This document shows, piece after piece, positions 45,609 to 53,606 of a stretch of DNA of 53,606 nucleotides; positions within the stretch are counted from its first letter, which is position 1, and each line of letters opens with the position of its first letter. The notes beneath the pieces were generated by a model. It searched no databases and had not been told where the DNA came from. It was given only the letters and a program-made list of their open reading frames with translations. A program made the translations under genes and the position numbers. The stretch spans positions 1 through 53,606 of IMG/VR virus record IMGVR_UViG_3300013212_000047; one strand, written 5' to 3'. The DNA is from a virus. Taxonomy: Duplodnaviria > Caudoviricetes.

Positions 45609-47459
45609 TTATTTGGAAATACGAGTACGCCATCTATCTGCCCATTCAGCTGGATCAACTGTAACTGGCTTTGTAACCTTAGGTTGCTTTGGTGGCTGTG
45701 GAGTTGGAGGCTTGGGTGGCTCTGGCTTAGGAGGCCTTGGCGATGTTATCGGACTAGGCCCAGGCCTAGCGCCGCCACCAGTTACAGCTCGCGGAGCAAT
45801 TCCAGGCAACGCACCGGCTGAGTCTGGCCTTCCTTGAAATTCTGGAACATTACTTAAAAGGTAGTCTCCAGTTTCGTTAGCCATGTCTTCTTGATAACCA
45901 ACACCTTGCCCATACCGTACACCGTGGGTCGTCCCTGGCATTGCGTATGCAGATGGATTGTATGCACGTTTCGCACTTGCGTCGTATACACGTTTTGCAT
46001 CTGGATCATTTGGATACCGTTTTAGAAAATCAGTTGCTAATTTATGACCATAAATAGCGTTAGCACGAATTGCGTTTATCTCACCAACGTCACCAGTTTC
46101 AGCTGTAATCCAGTTGTAGTAGATACCAGCCATTCGTTCAGTCTCATTGACTGAATCTAGAATAGATTTACCTTGAATCTTCCTATCTTCAGGTTTAATG
46201 GCAACATTATTCATTAGGTCACTATAGGCTTTAGTACCCACCTGAATAGTAGTCCTAAAATTATTCATTGTGTCCATACCACGCTGAATAACACCCTGTA
46301 CGTTAGCATCTTTCTTGAAGTTAAATTCGTTACCACGTTGGTTAAGGTTGCCAGCCCAACGGGTCATTCGACCATCTTCCATCATCTGTGCAATTTGCAA
46401 ACGGTCTTGTGCAATCTGTGCTTTAAGTCCAGCAAACTGAGCTAGGTATGCTTTTGTTGCATCGCTAGCTTGCATCGAGACTATCTTTTGTTCAATCAAC
46501 CTGATGGAAGGATTCATCTTCTCAGTGATGTCTTTAGTTTTTGCTTTAGCTAGATCCACGCCAGCCAATGTCTTATCTACATTGGCGGATTTGATTGTAC
46601 CTAGACCGTACTTAGCTTTAGCAGGAACCAACCCTTCTTTAGGAGCGCGCTCACCATAAGCAACAACATCAGTAGGAGGAACAAATGGTTGACCACCTGA
46701 ACGCTTGTATGCAGGAGTAGATGGCATTTGCCATACAGCCTTCTGCATAGCACGATCTTCTTGATCTTTGCCTTGAATGTTTGGCGGCCCATAAATACCA
46801 GCCATTGAACTTTGCTGTGGAGACAAGTTCATGCGTTGACCAGTAAGGAAGTTACCAGTATTTCTATTTTGACCAAGAACAGCTTGCTGATTAGTAATCA
46901 ATGACGGGTCTGGCTCGTTCTTTATAGCTTCACTGTAAGGAAGTATTTGACCTACCATTCCGCCAGTTGGTTGTTGGATTTGTTCGCCCGGAACAAGACC
47001 CTTCTCCATGACGCCTTGCATAGGAGCGCCAGGCAATGCCAGCATTCCATCAATATCTTCGTCAGATAGGCCAAACTCTCTGCCTGGCCCGGCTCCAGCA
47101 ACACGTTTTAATACTTGTCGTGCAGTGTTAATAGCCGTGTATTGTTGATCTGGATCATCAGTTTCAAACGCTTGTTTGATGTAAGGTGCAATGATTGTAT
47201 TAGCTTGACCAAGCATAGAGTTGCGCATTAGTCCTTGCTGATACTTTGCTTGATCTTGATCAGCATTAGCTTTACGTAAAGATTCATCCTGCATGAATCC
47301 AAGCTTCAACGATTCAAGCGCATTGCGCTGCTTGTCAGACTTTACGCGCTGCATGTTCGTAAACATGGTCGAGCGCTCTCTTCGTCCTTGATTCAGAGCG
47401 TTGAGGTAACCGGTACCTAGACCAGTAAAGACTTTAGCCAAACCACTTGATACAGCCAT
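45609..47459 (-). CDS. Putative internal virion / DNA ejection protein
   Basis: 616 aa; amphipathic Gly-rich N-terminus, Q-rich, Pro-rich tail; AGGTG RBS; podovirus synteny. Confidence 0.6.
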   Translation of the reverse strand: MAVSSGLAKVFTGLGTGYLNALNQGRRERSTMFTNMQRVKSDKQRNALESLKLGFMQDESLRKANADQDQAKYQQGLMRNSMLGQANTIIAPYIKQAFETDDPDQQYTAINTARQVLKRVAGAGPGREFGLSDEDIDGMLALPGAPMQGVMEKGLVPGEQIQQPTGGMVGQILPYSEAIKNEPDPSLITNQQAVLGQNRNTGNFLTGQRMNLSPQQSSMAGIYGPPNIQGKDQEDRAMQKAVWQMPSTPAYKRSGGQPFVPPTDVVAYGERAPKEGLVPAKAKYGLGTIKSANVDKTLAGVDLAKAKTKDITEKMNPSIRLIEQKIVSMQASDATKAYLAQFAGLKAQIAQDRLQIAQMMEDGRMTRWAGNLNQRGNEFNFKKDANVQGVIQRGMDTMNNFRTTIQVGTKAYSDLMNNVAIKPEDRKIQGKSILDSVNETERMAGIYYNWITAETGDVGEINAIRANAIYGHKLATDFLKRYPNDPDAKRVYDASAKRAYNPSAYAMPGTTHGVRYGQGVGYQEDMANETGDYLLSNVPEFQGRPDSAGALPGIAPRAVTGGGARPGPSPITSPRPPKPEPPKPPTPQPPKQPKVTKPVTVDPAEWADRWRTRISK

Positions 47460-47466
47460 ATTTCAC

Positions 47467-48693
47467 CTATAAACCGAGCGCAGGAACCCTTCGGTCAAGA
47501 ATTCTTCTCCTTGGGTCAAATAGTCCAGGGACTTGTGTTTGATATCCTAAATCAGGTCTAAATCCTGTTCTAGGAGCAGCTTGCACTTGTGGTGCAAAAC
47601 CACCTCCTCGTGGTGCAAGATCTCCAAAATAAGGATCTTGCATCATAGGGTCTTGGTTCATAAATCCATCCCCCATAGCCTTGATTTCGGAGCCATCACC
47701 GTACAGCTTCATCATGTCATTGAACTGCCCACGTGACTGTTCCATACCCATTGCCGTACCGGCCAGGTTAGCTATGCCGCCAAGAGCCATGGCCTCACGG
47801 TCACGATTGTTCTGAGATATCGAATCAGCACGAGCTTTTTCCTGTGCATTGAGGTTGTACATCTGCTGGTCAATACCCATCATTCCAGAGCGCCCTTGAT
47901 TAAACAGGTTTTGGCCACGTCCAATCTGGTTACCAATCATGCCTTGAAGCGCGTTGATGTACTGTGGTTGCATTGCAAGGTCTTGCTGGGCAAGTCCGTA
48001 CGCTCCTTGTGCAGATCCAGCTGCAAGTCCTTGTTGCACCTGTGCTGCGCGGCCTAGGAGGTTACCCCCGCCCATAAGGCCTGCAGCCCCACGTAGGCCG
48101 GCCATGGCCTTGTCAGCACCAGCTTGTGCAAACTGTGCAGCTTGCGCCTGCGCGCGCGTAGCGTAGTCACTAGATAGCCCACGGGATGATAGATCGTTTA
48201 GGCGCGATATCTGCGCTTCCATCATAGGGTTGTACTTGTCCAGCATCTGCTGGCCAGTACCCATATCAGCCCCGTAAGTACCACGCATGTTATTTAGGTT
48301 AGCTTTTGACTCACCCATAGCAAGCTCTTGTTGCGATGGGCCTTTTTTTCCACCACCGAACAATCGGCCAATACCGCCACTAATACCCTTCAGAAGGAAA
48401 GGTGCAGCTGCCATTGCTGCCATACCTAGTGGCCCACCGAGCGCACCTAGAGCCTGACCACCAAGTGCAGTTCCTAGGCCTTGCTTGAGTCCATACTTGA
48501 GTAGTTCATTCTTGGCTGTACCCATCAAAGAACCCGTAATGGCTTGGCGTGGATCTCCACCAGCAAGAATATTAAGGCCAGCCGTAACACCAGCTGAACC
48601 TAATGGGGATTTTGCAAATTTTCCTAGACGACCGTATGCGCCGTTGCCAGCACCATTCATACCGATATTTAGACCATCGTATCCGTTACTCAT
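47467..48693 (-). CDS. Putative DNA pilot / ejection protein
   Basis: Gly/Ala/Gln/Met-rich with GG(L)G hydrophobic stretches; start MSNGY by TAATG coupling. Confidence 0.65.
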   Translation of the reverse strand: MSNGYDGLNIGMNGAGNGAYGRLGKFAKSPLGSAGVTAGLNILAGGDPRQAITGSLMGTAKNELLKYGLKQGLGTALGGQALGALGGPLGMAAMAAAPFLLKGISGGIGRLFGGGKKGPSQQELAMGESKANLNNMRGTYGADMGTGQQMLDKYNPMMEAQISRLNDLSSRGLSSDYATRAQAQAAQFAQAGADKAMAGLRGAAGLMGGGNLLGRAAQVQQGLAAGSAQGAYGLAQQDLAMQPQYINALQGMIGNQIGRGQNLFNQGRSGMMGIDQQMYNLNAQEKARADSISQNNRDREAMALGGIANLAGTAMGMEQSRGQFNDMMKLYGDGSEIKAMGDGFMNQDPMMQDPYFGDLAPRGGGFAPQVQAAPRTGFRPDLGYQTQVPGLFDPRRRILDRRVPALGL

Positions 48694-49127
48694 TATGCCA
48701 CCTTGTACCAAGCGTAAGTCGTTTCAGAGTTAATACCAATGAACGTAGCTGCTGAGTTTTGTGCCATTAGCCCTGTAAAACCAGACGGGACAAACAAAGT
48801 GTCACCTGACTGTGCAGCAAATGTAATAGCGTTGGCTGTTGAATCTTTTTTAACCACAACTACAAGTTTACCAACAGCGGCTCCAGATCTAGGTAATGTA
48901 ACTAAAACAGCTGCTGCTGTAGCATCTGCAATCACAAAAGTAGATCCTTCCTCTAAGCTAATACCAGCCGTCACTTCATAGATCTTGTAGTTAGAGGGAG
49001 TGTATACAGGAATAGGTGTACCAAATTTAACACCTTCGTCAATCGTTACCATTGACGCGCCAGGCTGTATACCACCGATACCGATAGCGTCCGGCGCCTC
49101 TCCACTTACAGGTGCTGGTATGGGCAT
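48693..49127 (-). CDS. Putative tail-associated protein
   Basis: ADATAAAVLVTLP...GKLVVVVKKDSTANAITF beta module common in tail proteins. Confidence 0.6.
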   Translation of the reverse strand: MPIPAPVSGEAPDAIGIGGIQPGASMVTIDEGVKFGTPIPVYTPSNYKIYEVTAGISLEEGSTFVIADATAAAVLVTLPRSGAAVGKLVVVVKKDSTANAITFAAQSGDTLFVPSGFTGLMAQNSAATFIGINSETTYAWYKVA

Positions 49128-52100
49128 TAGTTAACTCTCGCAATTCTTGAATCTTGTGCATGTATATGTACGCCTAGCAGTCGCATCGATGTGCGCGTAG
49201 TACCAGACAAAGCTACTTGAAACAAAGGAGCCAATACGTCACGTGACACATTCCGTATAGCAACTGGTCTATTTACACCCGCAGGGAACGTCCATGTAGA
49301 ACCAGTAGAAATACCTAGCGGGTTACCAGCAGATGCATATGTACCCATTTGATTCTGGACAGACCATGAAACTTGTTGGGAAACACCTGTTTTTGCTGTG
49401 CGATATCCACTTACTGTAGGAGACACGGCTGTGCCTCCAGATGACGTACTTATCTGATACGTCGTGTTTGTCCTGGCTATTACAAAGTACGTAGTGTTTA
49501 CTGTCACGTTACCAATAGTAGAGTCATACACCAACGTGTCACCAACCACGAAGTCATTATCACCAACAATCGTAGTGTTGCTAGCAGTGAAATTGGATAA
49601 CACTGTCACGTAATTGTTAGCGTAGTGTAAGTTGACTTGTGAGACACGGTTGAGGTTGTAGTACGCAATTCCTTCGCTGTATGTCTGGCCATGCTGCCTA
49701 CTCAACATACTCCAAGGAATGTCAGCAACAGTCCCACCAGTACCTCGATCACGTGTGCCAGTTAGCTTGTATATTTGACCTGAGTTGCCATCGTTGCCTG
49801 CAACGTAAAACTCTTGCGTGTCGTTACCAGCTGACATTGCTACGCCATTAGTAAACCTAATAAAATCAGTATTAGCTGCGTTACGAAGTGGTCTCCATCT
49901 AGTCCAACCCATCGTACGGAAATCCAACACATACACATAAGTGTTTGCTGATTGTGGATCAGTACTGCTAGCTATAACATCACCCACACCAGGAGCAAAT
50001 ATATAAAGCCTTTGATTATGTAATGCATAAGTAATACGCCTATACGCAGCATTGTCTAAGTCAGGAGCATTCATTGACTTATCGAGTGAAAGCATCTTAC
50101 GTAGTTCGATGGAGCGTTGTTCAATTACTCCATCATTAAACTCGACCATACCAACAGGTGTTTGCCACAGCAATCTACCAGCAACACTAACAACAGCGTT
50201 AGGCGCTATGCAACCAGATGATGGTTCACGGATCATAGCCTGAATGGTAAACGTAGATGGATTATAACCGAGCATAGGCAATACGCTATTCTCACGGAGT
50301 ATGAGCATGACAGCTGTAGAGCTATTGCTCATAATCATATTGTCGCCACCGTAAGGAAGTAGTGCTACGACTTTTTCGTTATCGTCTTTTGACGAGATGG
50401 TAAACGACGTTCCCTTGTATGCATTGGAGGGGTCATTGAAGTCCGGAACCCAGGTACTGTAGACCGCAAACTCGTTTTGCACGTCAAGGATCCACGACGC
50501 ATAAACCGTGTTGTCTTTGACTGTCCACAATCTATTCTGGTGTACTGCAATACAGGATGCTCCCGACGGCATCGGATCGCGTCCTTGTTGGTAGATCTGA
50601 CCCTGATCATAAGGCGCTCCCTCATAGAACAAGTCTCCATCAGGAACGTTATCAGCAAGACTAATCATATTCCAACTTACACTACCATTAGTCTTAGTTG
50701 TAAATGTGCTAGTCCATTTAGTACCAACAATGCCGGCATCCAAAGGAACACAAGCAATAAGCCTGAATCTACCATCAGTAAAAACAGTAGTACTACGACG
50801 GTAGACAAGTGCGTGGCTGTATTGAGGGTGAATGTTTAGCGTTGTCGTACCACTAGCCGATGGCGTCAATACTGTCCCACCGTACGTTGTACTTATGCTG
50901 AATTGATCTTTAGTCAGACCTGTTGCAATTACGTAATACGTTGTGTTTGCTACAATGTTTCCTACTGTAGTAGTAAACTTAACCGGGTCACCAGCTCTAA
51001 ACTGGTTAGGTGTAACAATCAGGACATTACCGCTTGCTATGGTTACAGTCTTTGTACCAAACGTACCCCATGGGACAGAATGACGCATGTATATCGTACC
51101 GACTTGACAAGCCATAGTGTGTACACCACTAGGGATAGATCCAGCGATAATCGGAGCGCCACCTTTAGTTGCTGACAATGTAATAATTGATGACGTAACC
51201 GACACTATGTAGTAAACGGTATTAACTGCAAAGTTTGTAGGCAACGCACCAGTAGTCGTAAACTTTACTGTTGAGTTAAGTAATGTGCGCGTGGTGTCAA
51301 ATGTACCACTTATGTTGGCACTACCATTTGTAAACGTTACGGTATACGAATCCCCCGTAAATGTCTTTGCATACCAAAGAGCGTTGGCTGTATCAACTCT
51401 AAAAGGCGTATTTGCAACAATTGAACAAGTGATGTCGGCAGAGTTACCAGTGTTCCTGTAAACAAACGAGCCACTAGTAGATGACACAATATCTATCTGG
51501 TTGACTTCAGGAACGACTGACGTAAAGTATGACGTTGGAGATGAGCCTTGTATTGAAATCTCTGTTGTGTCATACCGAATATCGTAAGGCAAACTTTCAT
51601 CTGGATTCAGAATGATAGACATACTACTAAATGCTTTAGTAGAGAGGACAGAGTTCGATGAGTTAGATGAGTCAGACTCCATACCTGTCTGACTAACTTC
51701 GTTTACCCTATACGTTGGTGGACGCAGGTTAGGCTGATCTGAGCTATACCACCGCGTGAACAAGTAATCGTACGTAGCGTTAGATGTCAACCTACCGTTT
51801 ACGACAAGCTCACCAATATTGAATATGACGTCGTTGTGATTTAGAGTAGATACGTCTTGTTCTAAACGTACGTAAACGTACTGAACGTTAGTTCTTTTGT
51901 CTTGCGCAATAGGATATATATTCCAGGACATATAACCCTTGGTTGGATCGTAGTCGCCAAACCCAGACCATGTAATAGCTGTAGCACCAACCCCTTTAAT
52001 ACCAAGCGAGGTGTATGGAGGAGATGCTTTTAATGCGTCAGGGAAGTCCATCTTCATACTGATGTAGTCTTTGTTTGACCAATCGCTATCTGGAATACTG

Positions 52101-53449
52101 AATCCACTTAACCTAACTGCTAGATTCTTTACGTAACCAGCGCCAGCTGGAAGGACACTACTATTGCGTTGCTGAACCCTAATAGGAAGCATGTTTGAAC
52201 TATTGAGGACATCGTCAGCTTTAGACGTTAGGTTTTGGCACATAGCGTAAAGACATATGTTGTCTACCAATATACCTTTATCATCTGACGTCCCTTGAGC
52301 TGAGTTACCAGTCTCAATCCTAAACCGAATTTGAGTCATGGTCGTCACCCATGCCCTGAAGTCGATTACAGCAGTTATTTTCTTCCAGTCAGTAGGACTA
52401 GTGCCAATAGCTGGCTGCATTACTTGCGTGAATACAGCACCAGGAACAGCTGCGCCACTAACATCTAATCCAGTAACAGTTATCAACACAGACTGCTGCC
52501 GAGGAGCGCTCAATGCGTCATTATTAAACATGACAGCCTTGAAATAAAACATACCAGCCTTAGACGTAACGCCATCGTATGTTAGATCTGGCACTGCTTT
52601 GGTGACGAAAATAAAGTCACCGCCGGCATCTAATAATAATGCTTTAGTGTTTGATGATCCGGTTACATACGGTGATATGGATCCTTTACCACCGTGCCAT
52701 GTAAGCGAAGATATAGTTCTGACTGTAGATGTACCAGCACCTGACGTACTCCACGGCGCACCAGGGACAGCGCCAGACGTGTCGCCTTCAAACGTGTAAC
52801 CAAACGCGGTTGACGTGTTAGTGATAAGTTCGTAGTCACCGGTGCCTGTATTAAACTTGTTGCCAAACGTAGCTACTGCTTCATCATTGTCGATAGACGA
52901 TATACCACTAATAGCTTTGACTGGAATAGTTGTAGATGTTGCTGACGGTGTAAGGAGATCACGTCCGTTTTTCATTGGCCCTTTAAGTGAAGGGACATAA
53001 TCAAACGTAACACCGTCAGTCCTAAACATATTGAACCCAGCACTACCTGGAACACCATAAATGTACTTACCGTGCTGAACAAGCTTTACGTCTGCAGCAT
53101 TGGCAGTAATGCTAGCTAACGTTGTGCTTGTCGATCCACCTTTAGTTATTTTTTTGATCTGAGCGCCACTAGATGACCCAATTACAAATATAATTTCATT
53201 ACTAACATTGTCACCCTTACGGTAAGCAATCATTTGGTATATAGGAAAAGTTTCAGCAGAAGACAATTGGGCTTGCCAACCTGGACGAACAGCTAATGCG
53301 CCGCCATCATTCCAAAGATTGACAGCATCTTGGATTTGCCCGGCTTCAAGTAAACTTGGCTGTGTATTGGTGTTAATACCAATAAAGCGCCTATCACCAA
53401 ATGTGTATGGCTGATTAACGGCAGCTGCACTTCTCGAATTATCTGGCAT
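49127..53449 (-). CDS. Tail tubular protein B / nozzle-like protein with large insertions
   Basis: FIGINT...AVNL...LAVRPG N-terminus, VHQNRLW, GCIAPNAV, YVLDFRTMGWTRW; precedes the ejection genes. Confidence 0.7.
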   Translation of the reverse strand: MPDNSRSAAAVNQPYTFGDRRFIGINTNTQPSLLEAGQIQDAVNLWNDGGALAVRPGWQAQLSSAETFPIYQMIAYRKGDNVSNEIIFVIGSSSGAQIKKITKGGSTSTTLASITANAADVKLVQHGKYIYGVPGSAGFNMFRTDGVTFDYVPSLKGPMKNGRDLLTPSATSTTIPVKAISGISSIDNDEAVATFGNKFNTGTGDYELITNTSTAFGYTFEGDTSGAVPGAPWSTSGAGTSTVRTISSLTWHGGKGSISPYVTGSSNTKALLLDAGGDFIFVTKAVPDLTYDGVTSKAGMFYFKAVMFNNDALSAPRQQSVLITVTGLDVSGAAVPGAVFTQVMQPAIGTSPTDWKKITAVIDFRAWVTTMTQIRFRIETGNSAQGTSDDKGILVDNICLYAMCQNLTSKADDVLNSSNMLPIRVQQRNSSVLPAGAGYVKNLAVRLSGFSIPDSDWSNKDYISMKMDFPDALKASPPYTSLGIKGVGATAITWSGFGDYDPTKGYMSWNIYPIAQDKRTNVQYVYVRLEQDVSTLNHNDVIFNIGELVVNGRLTSNATYDYLFTRWYSSDQPNLRPPTYRVNEVSQTGMESDSSNSSNSVLSTKAFSSMSIILNPDESLPYDIRYDTTEISIQGSSPTSYFTSVVPEVNQIDIVSSTSGSFVYRNTGNSADITCSIVANTPFRVDTANALWYAKTFTGDSYTVTFTNGSANISGTFDTTRTLLNSTVKFTTTGALPTNFAVNTVYYIVSVTSSIITLSATKGGAPIIAGSIPSGVHTMACQVGTIYMRHSVPWGTFGTKTVTIASGNVLIVTPNQFRAGDPVKFTTTVGNIVANTTYYVIATGLTKDQFSISTTYGGTVLTPSASGTTTLNIHPQYSHALVYRRSTTVFTDGRFRLIACVPLDAGIVGTKWTSTFTTKTNGSVSWNMISLADNVPDGDLFYEGAPYDQGQIYQQGRDPMPSGASCIAVHQNRLWTVKDNTVYASWILDVQNEFAVYSTWVPDFNDPSNAYKGTSFTISSKDDNEKVVALLPYGGDNMIMSNSSTAVMLILRENSVLPMLGYNPSTFTIQAMIREPSSGCIAPNAVVSVAGRLLWQTPVGMVEFNDGVIEQRSIELRKMLSLDKSMNAPDLDNAAYRRITYALHNQRLYIFAPGVGDVIASSTDPQSANTYVYVLDFRTMGWTRWRPLRNAANTDFIRFTNGVAMSAGNDTQEFYVAGNDGNSGQIYKLTGTRDRGTGGTVADIPWSMLSRQHGQTYSEGIAYYNLNRVSQVNLHYANNYVTVLSNFTASNTTIVGDNDFVVGDTLVYDSTIGNVTVNTTYFVIARTNTTYQISTSSGGTAVSPTVSGYRTAKTGVSQQVSWSVQNQMGTYASAGNPLGISTGSTWTFPAGVNRPVAIRNVSRDVLAPLFQVALSGTTRTSMRLLGVHIHAQDSRIARVN

Positions 53450-53606
53450 TAGTCACAAGATCCTCTACTCCATTGTATTCCACTTACGGCAAGCTGTTTG
53501 TACACTAATGATTCTGTTGGGCTAGTCACGTACGTGCCAGTTACGTTTGTGGCTACGGTGTATATGTTTATTGGTTGAACATAACCCAAGTTGTACATCC
53601 TAAATA
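53449..53606 (-). CDS. Partial structural protein (3' end)
   Basis: Open frame ...YNLGYVQPINIYTVATNVTG...RGSCD* with TAATG coupling to the next gene. Confidence 0.6.
   Translation of the reverse strand, partial: FRMYNLGYVQPINIYTVATNVTGTYVTSPTESLVYKQLAVSGIQWSRGSCD

Noticed and set aside
1-53606. Alternative genetic code, diversity-generating retroelement, introns/inteins, tRNAs
   Set aside because: Genes tile densely in the standard code; no reverse transcriptase or TR/VR pair seen; terminase and DnaB are of normal length; no cloverleaf recognised by eye (tRNAscan not run)

Overview
Most of a tailed dsDNA phage genome with podovirus-type architecture, probably circularly permuted. The morphogenesis operon runs off the left edge and a tail operon enters from the right edge on the same (-) strand. 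Recognisable modules: packaging and head (small and large terminase, portal, scaffold, major capsid, adaptors, holin; 1-10.8 kb); basic, low-complexity proteins (11-14.4 kb); nucleotide, lysis and accessory genes (dUTPase, ThyX, SSB, CHAP endolysin, 3D-domain protein, MT-A70 methyltransferase, thermonuclease; 14.5-20.8 kb); a largely non-coding block with a sharp strand-composition inversion near 22.5 kb (candidate genome end); promoter-gene-terminator cassettes that look like early genes (22.9-28.7 kb); recombination and replication (VRR-NUC, ERF, Gam-like, LmbU-like, iteron-bearing initiator, helicase loader, DnaB; 28.8-35.6 kb); and ejection/tail genes including a 3280-aa protein (35.7-53.6 kb). 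I saw no integrase, DNA polymerase, tRNA or CRISPR array. Main highlights: (1) widespread -10-box-N5/6-ATG leaderless starts, including one palindromic -10 box shared by two divergent genes; (2) a giant HEXXH-containing protein divided by three [VI]M[FL]S[AS]R motifs; (3) a short motif shared by scaffold, portal and several orphan proteins, possibly a capsid-loading tag; (4) an adenine-poor early region with a 284-aa protein lacking Glu; (5) a recurrent TACTTGC operator-like motif. All family calls come from motif recognition by eye; no searches were run.
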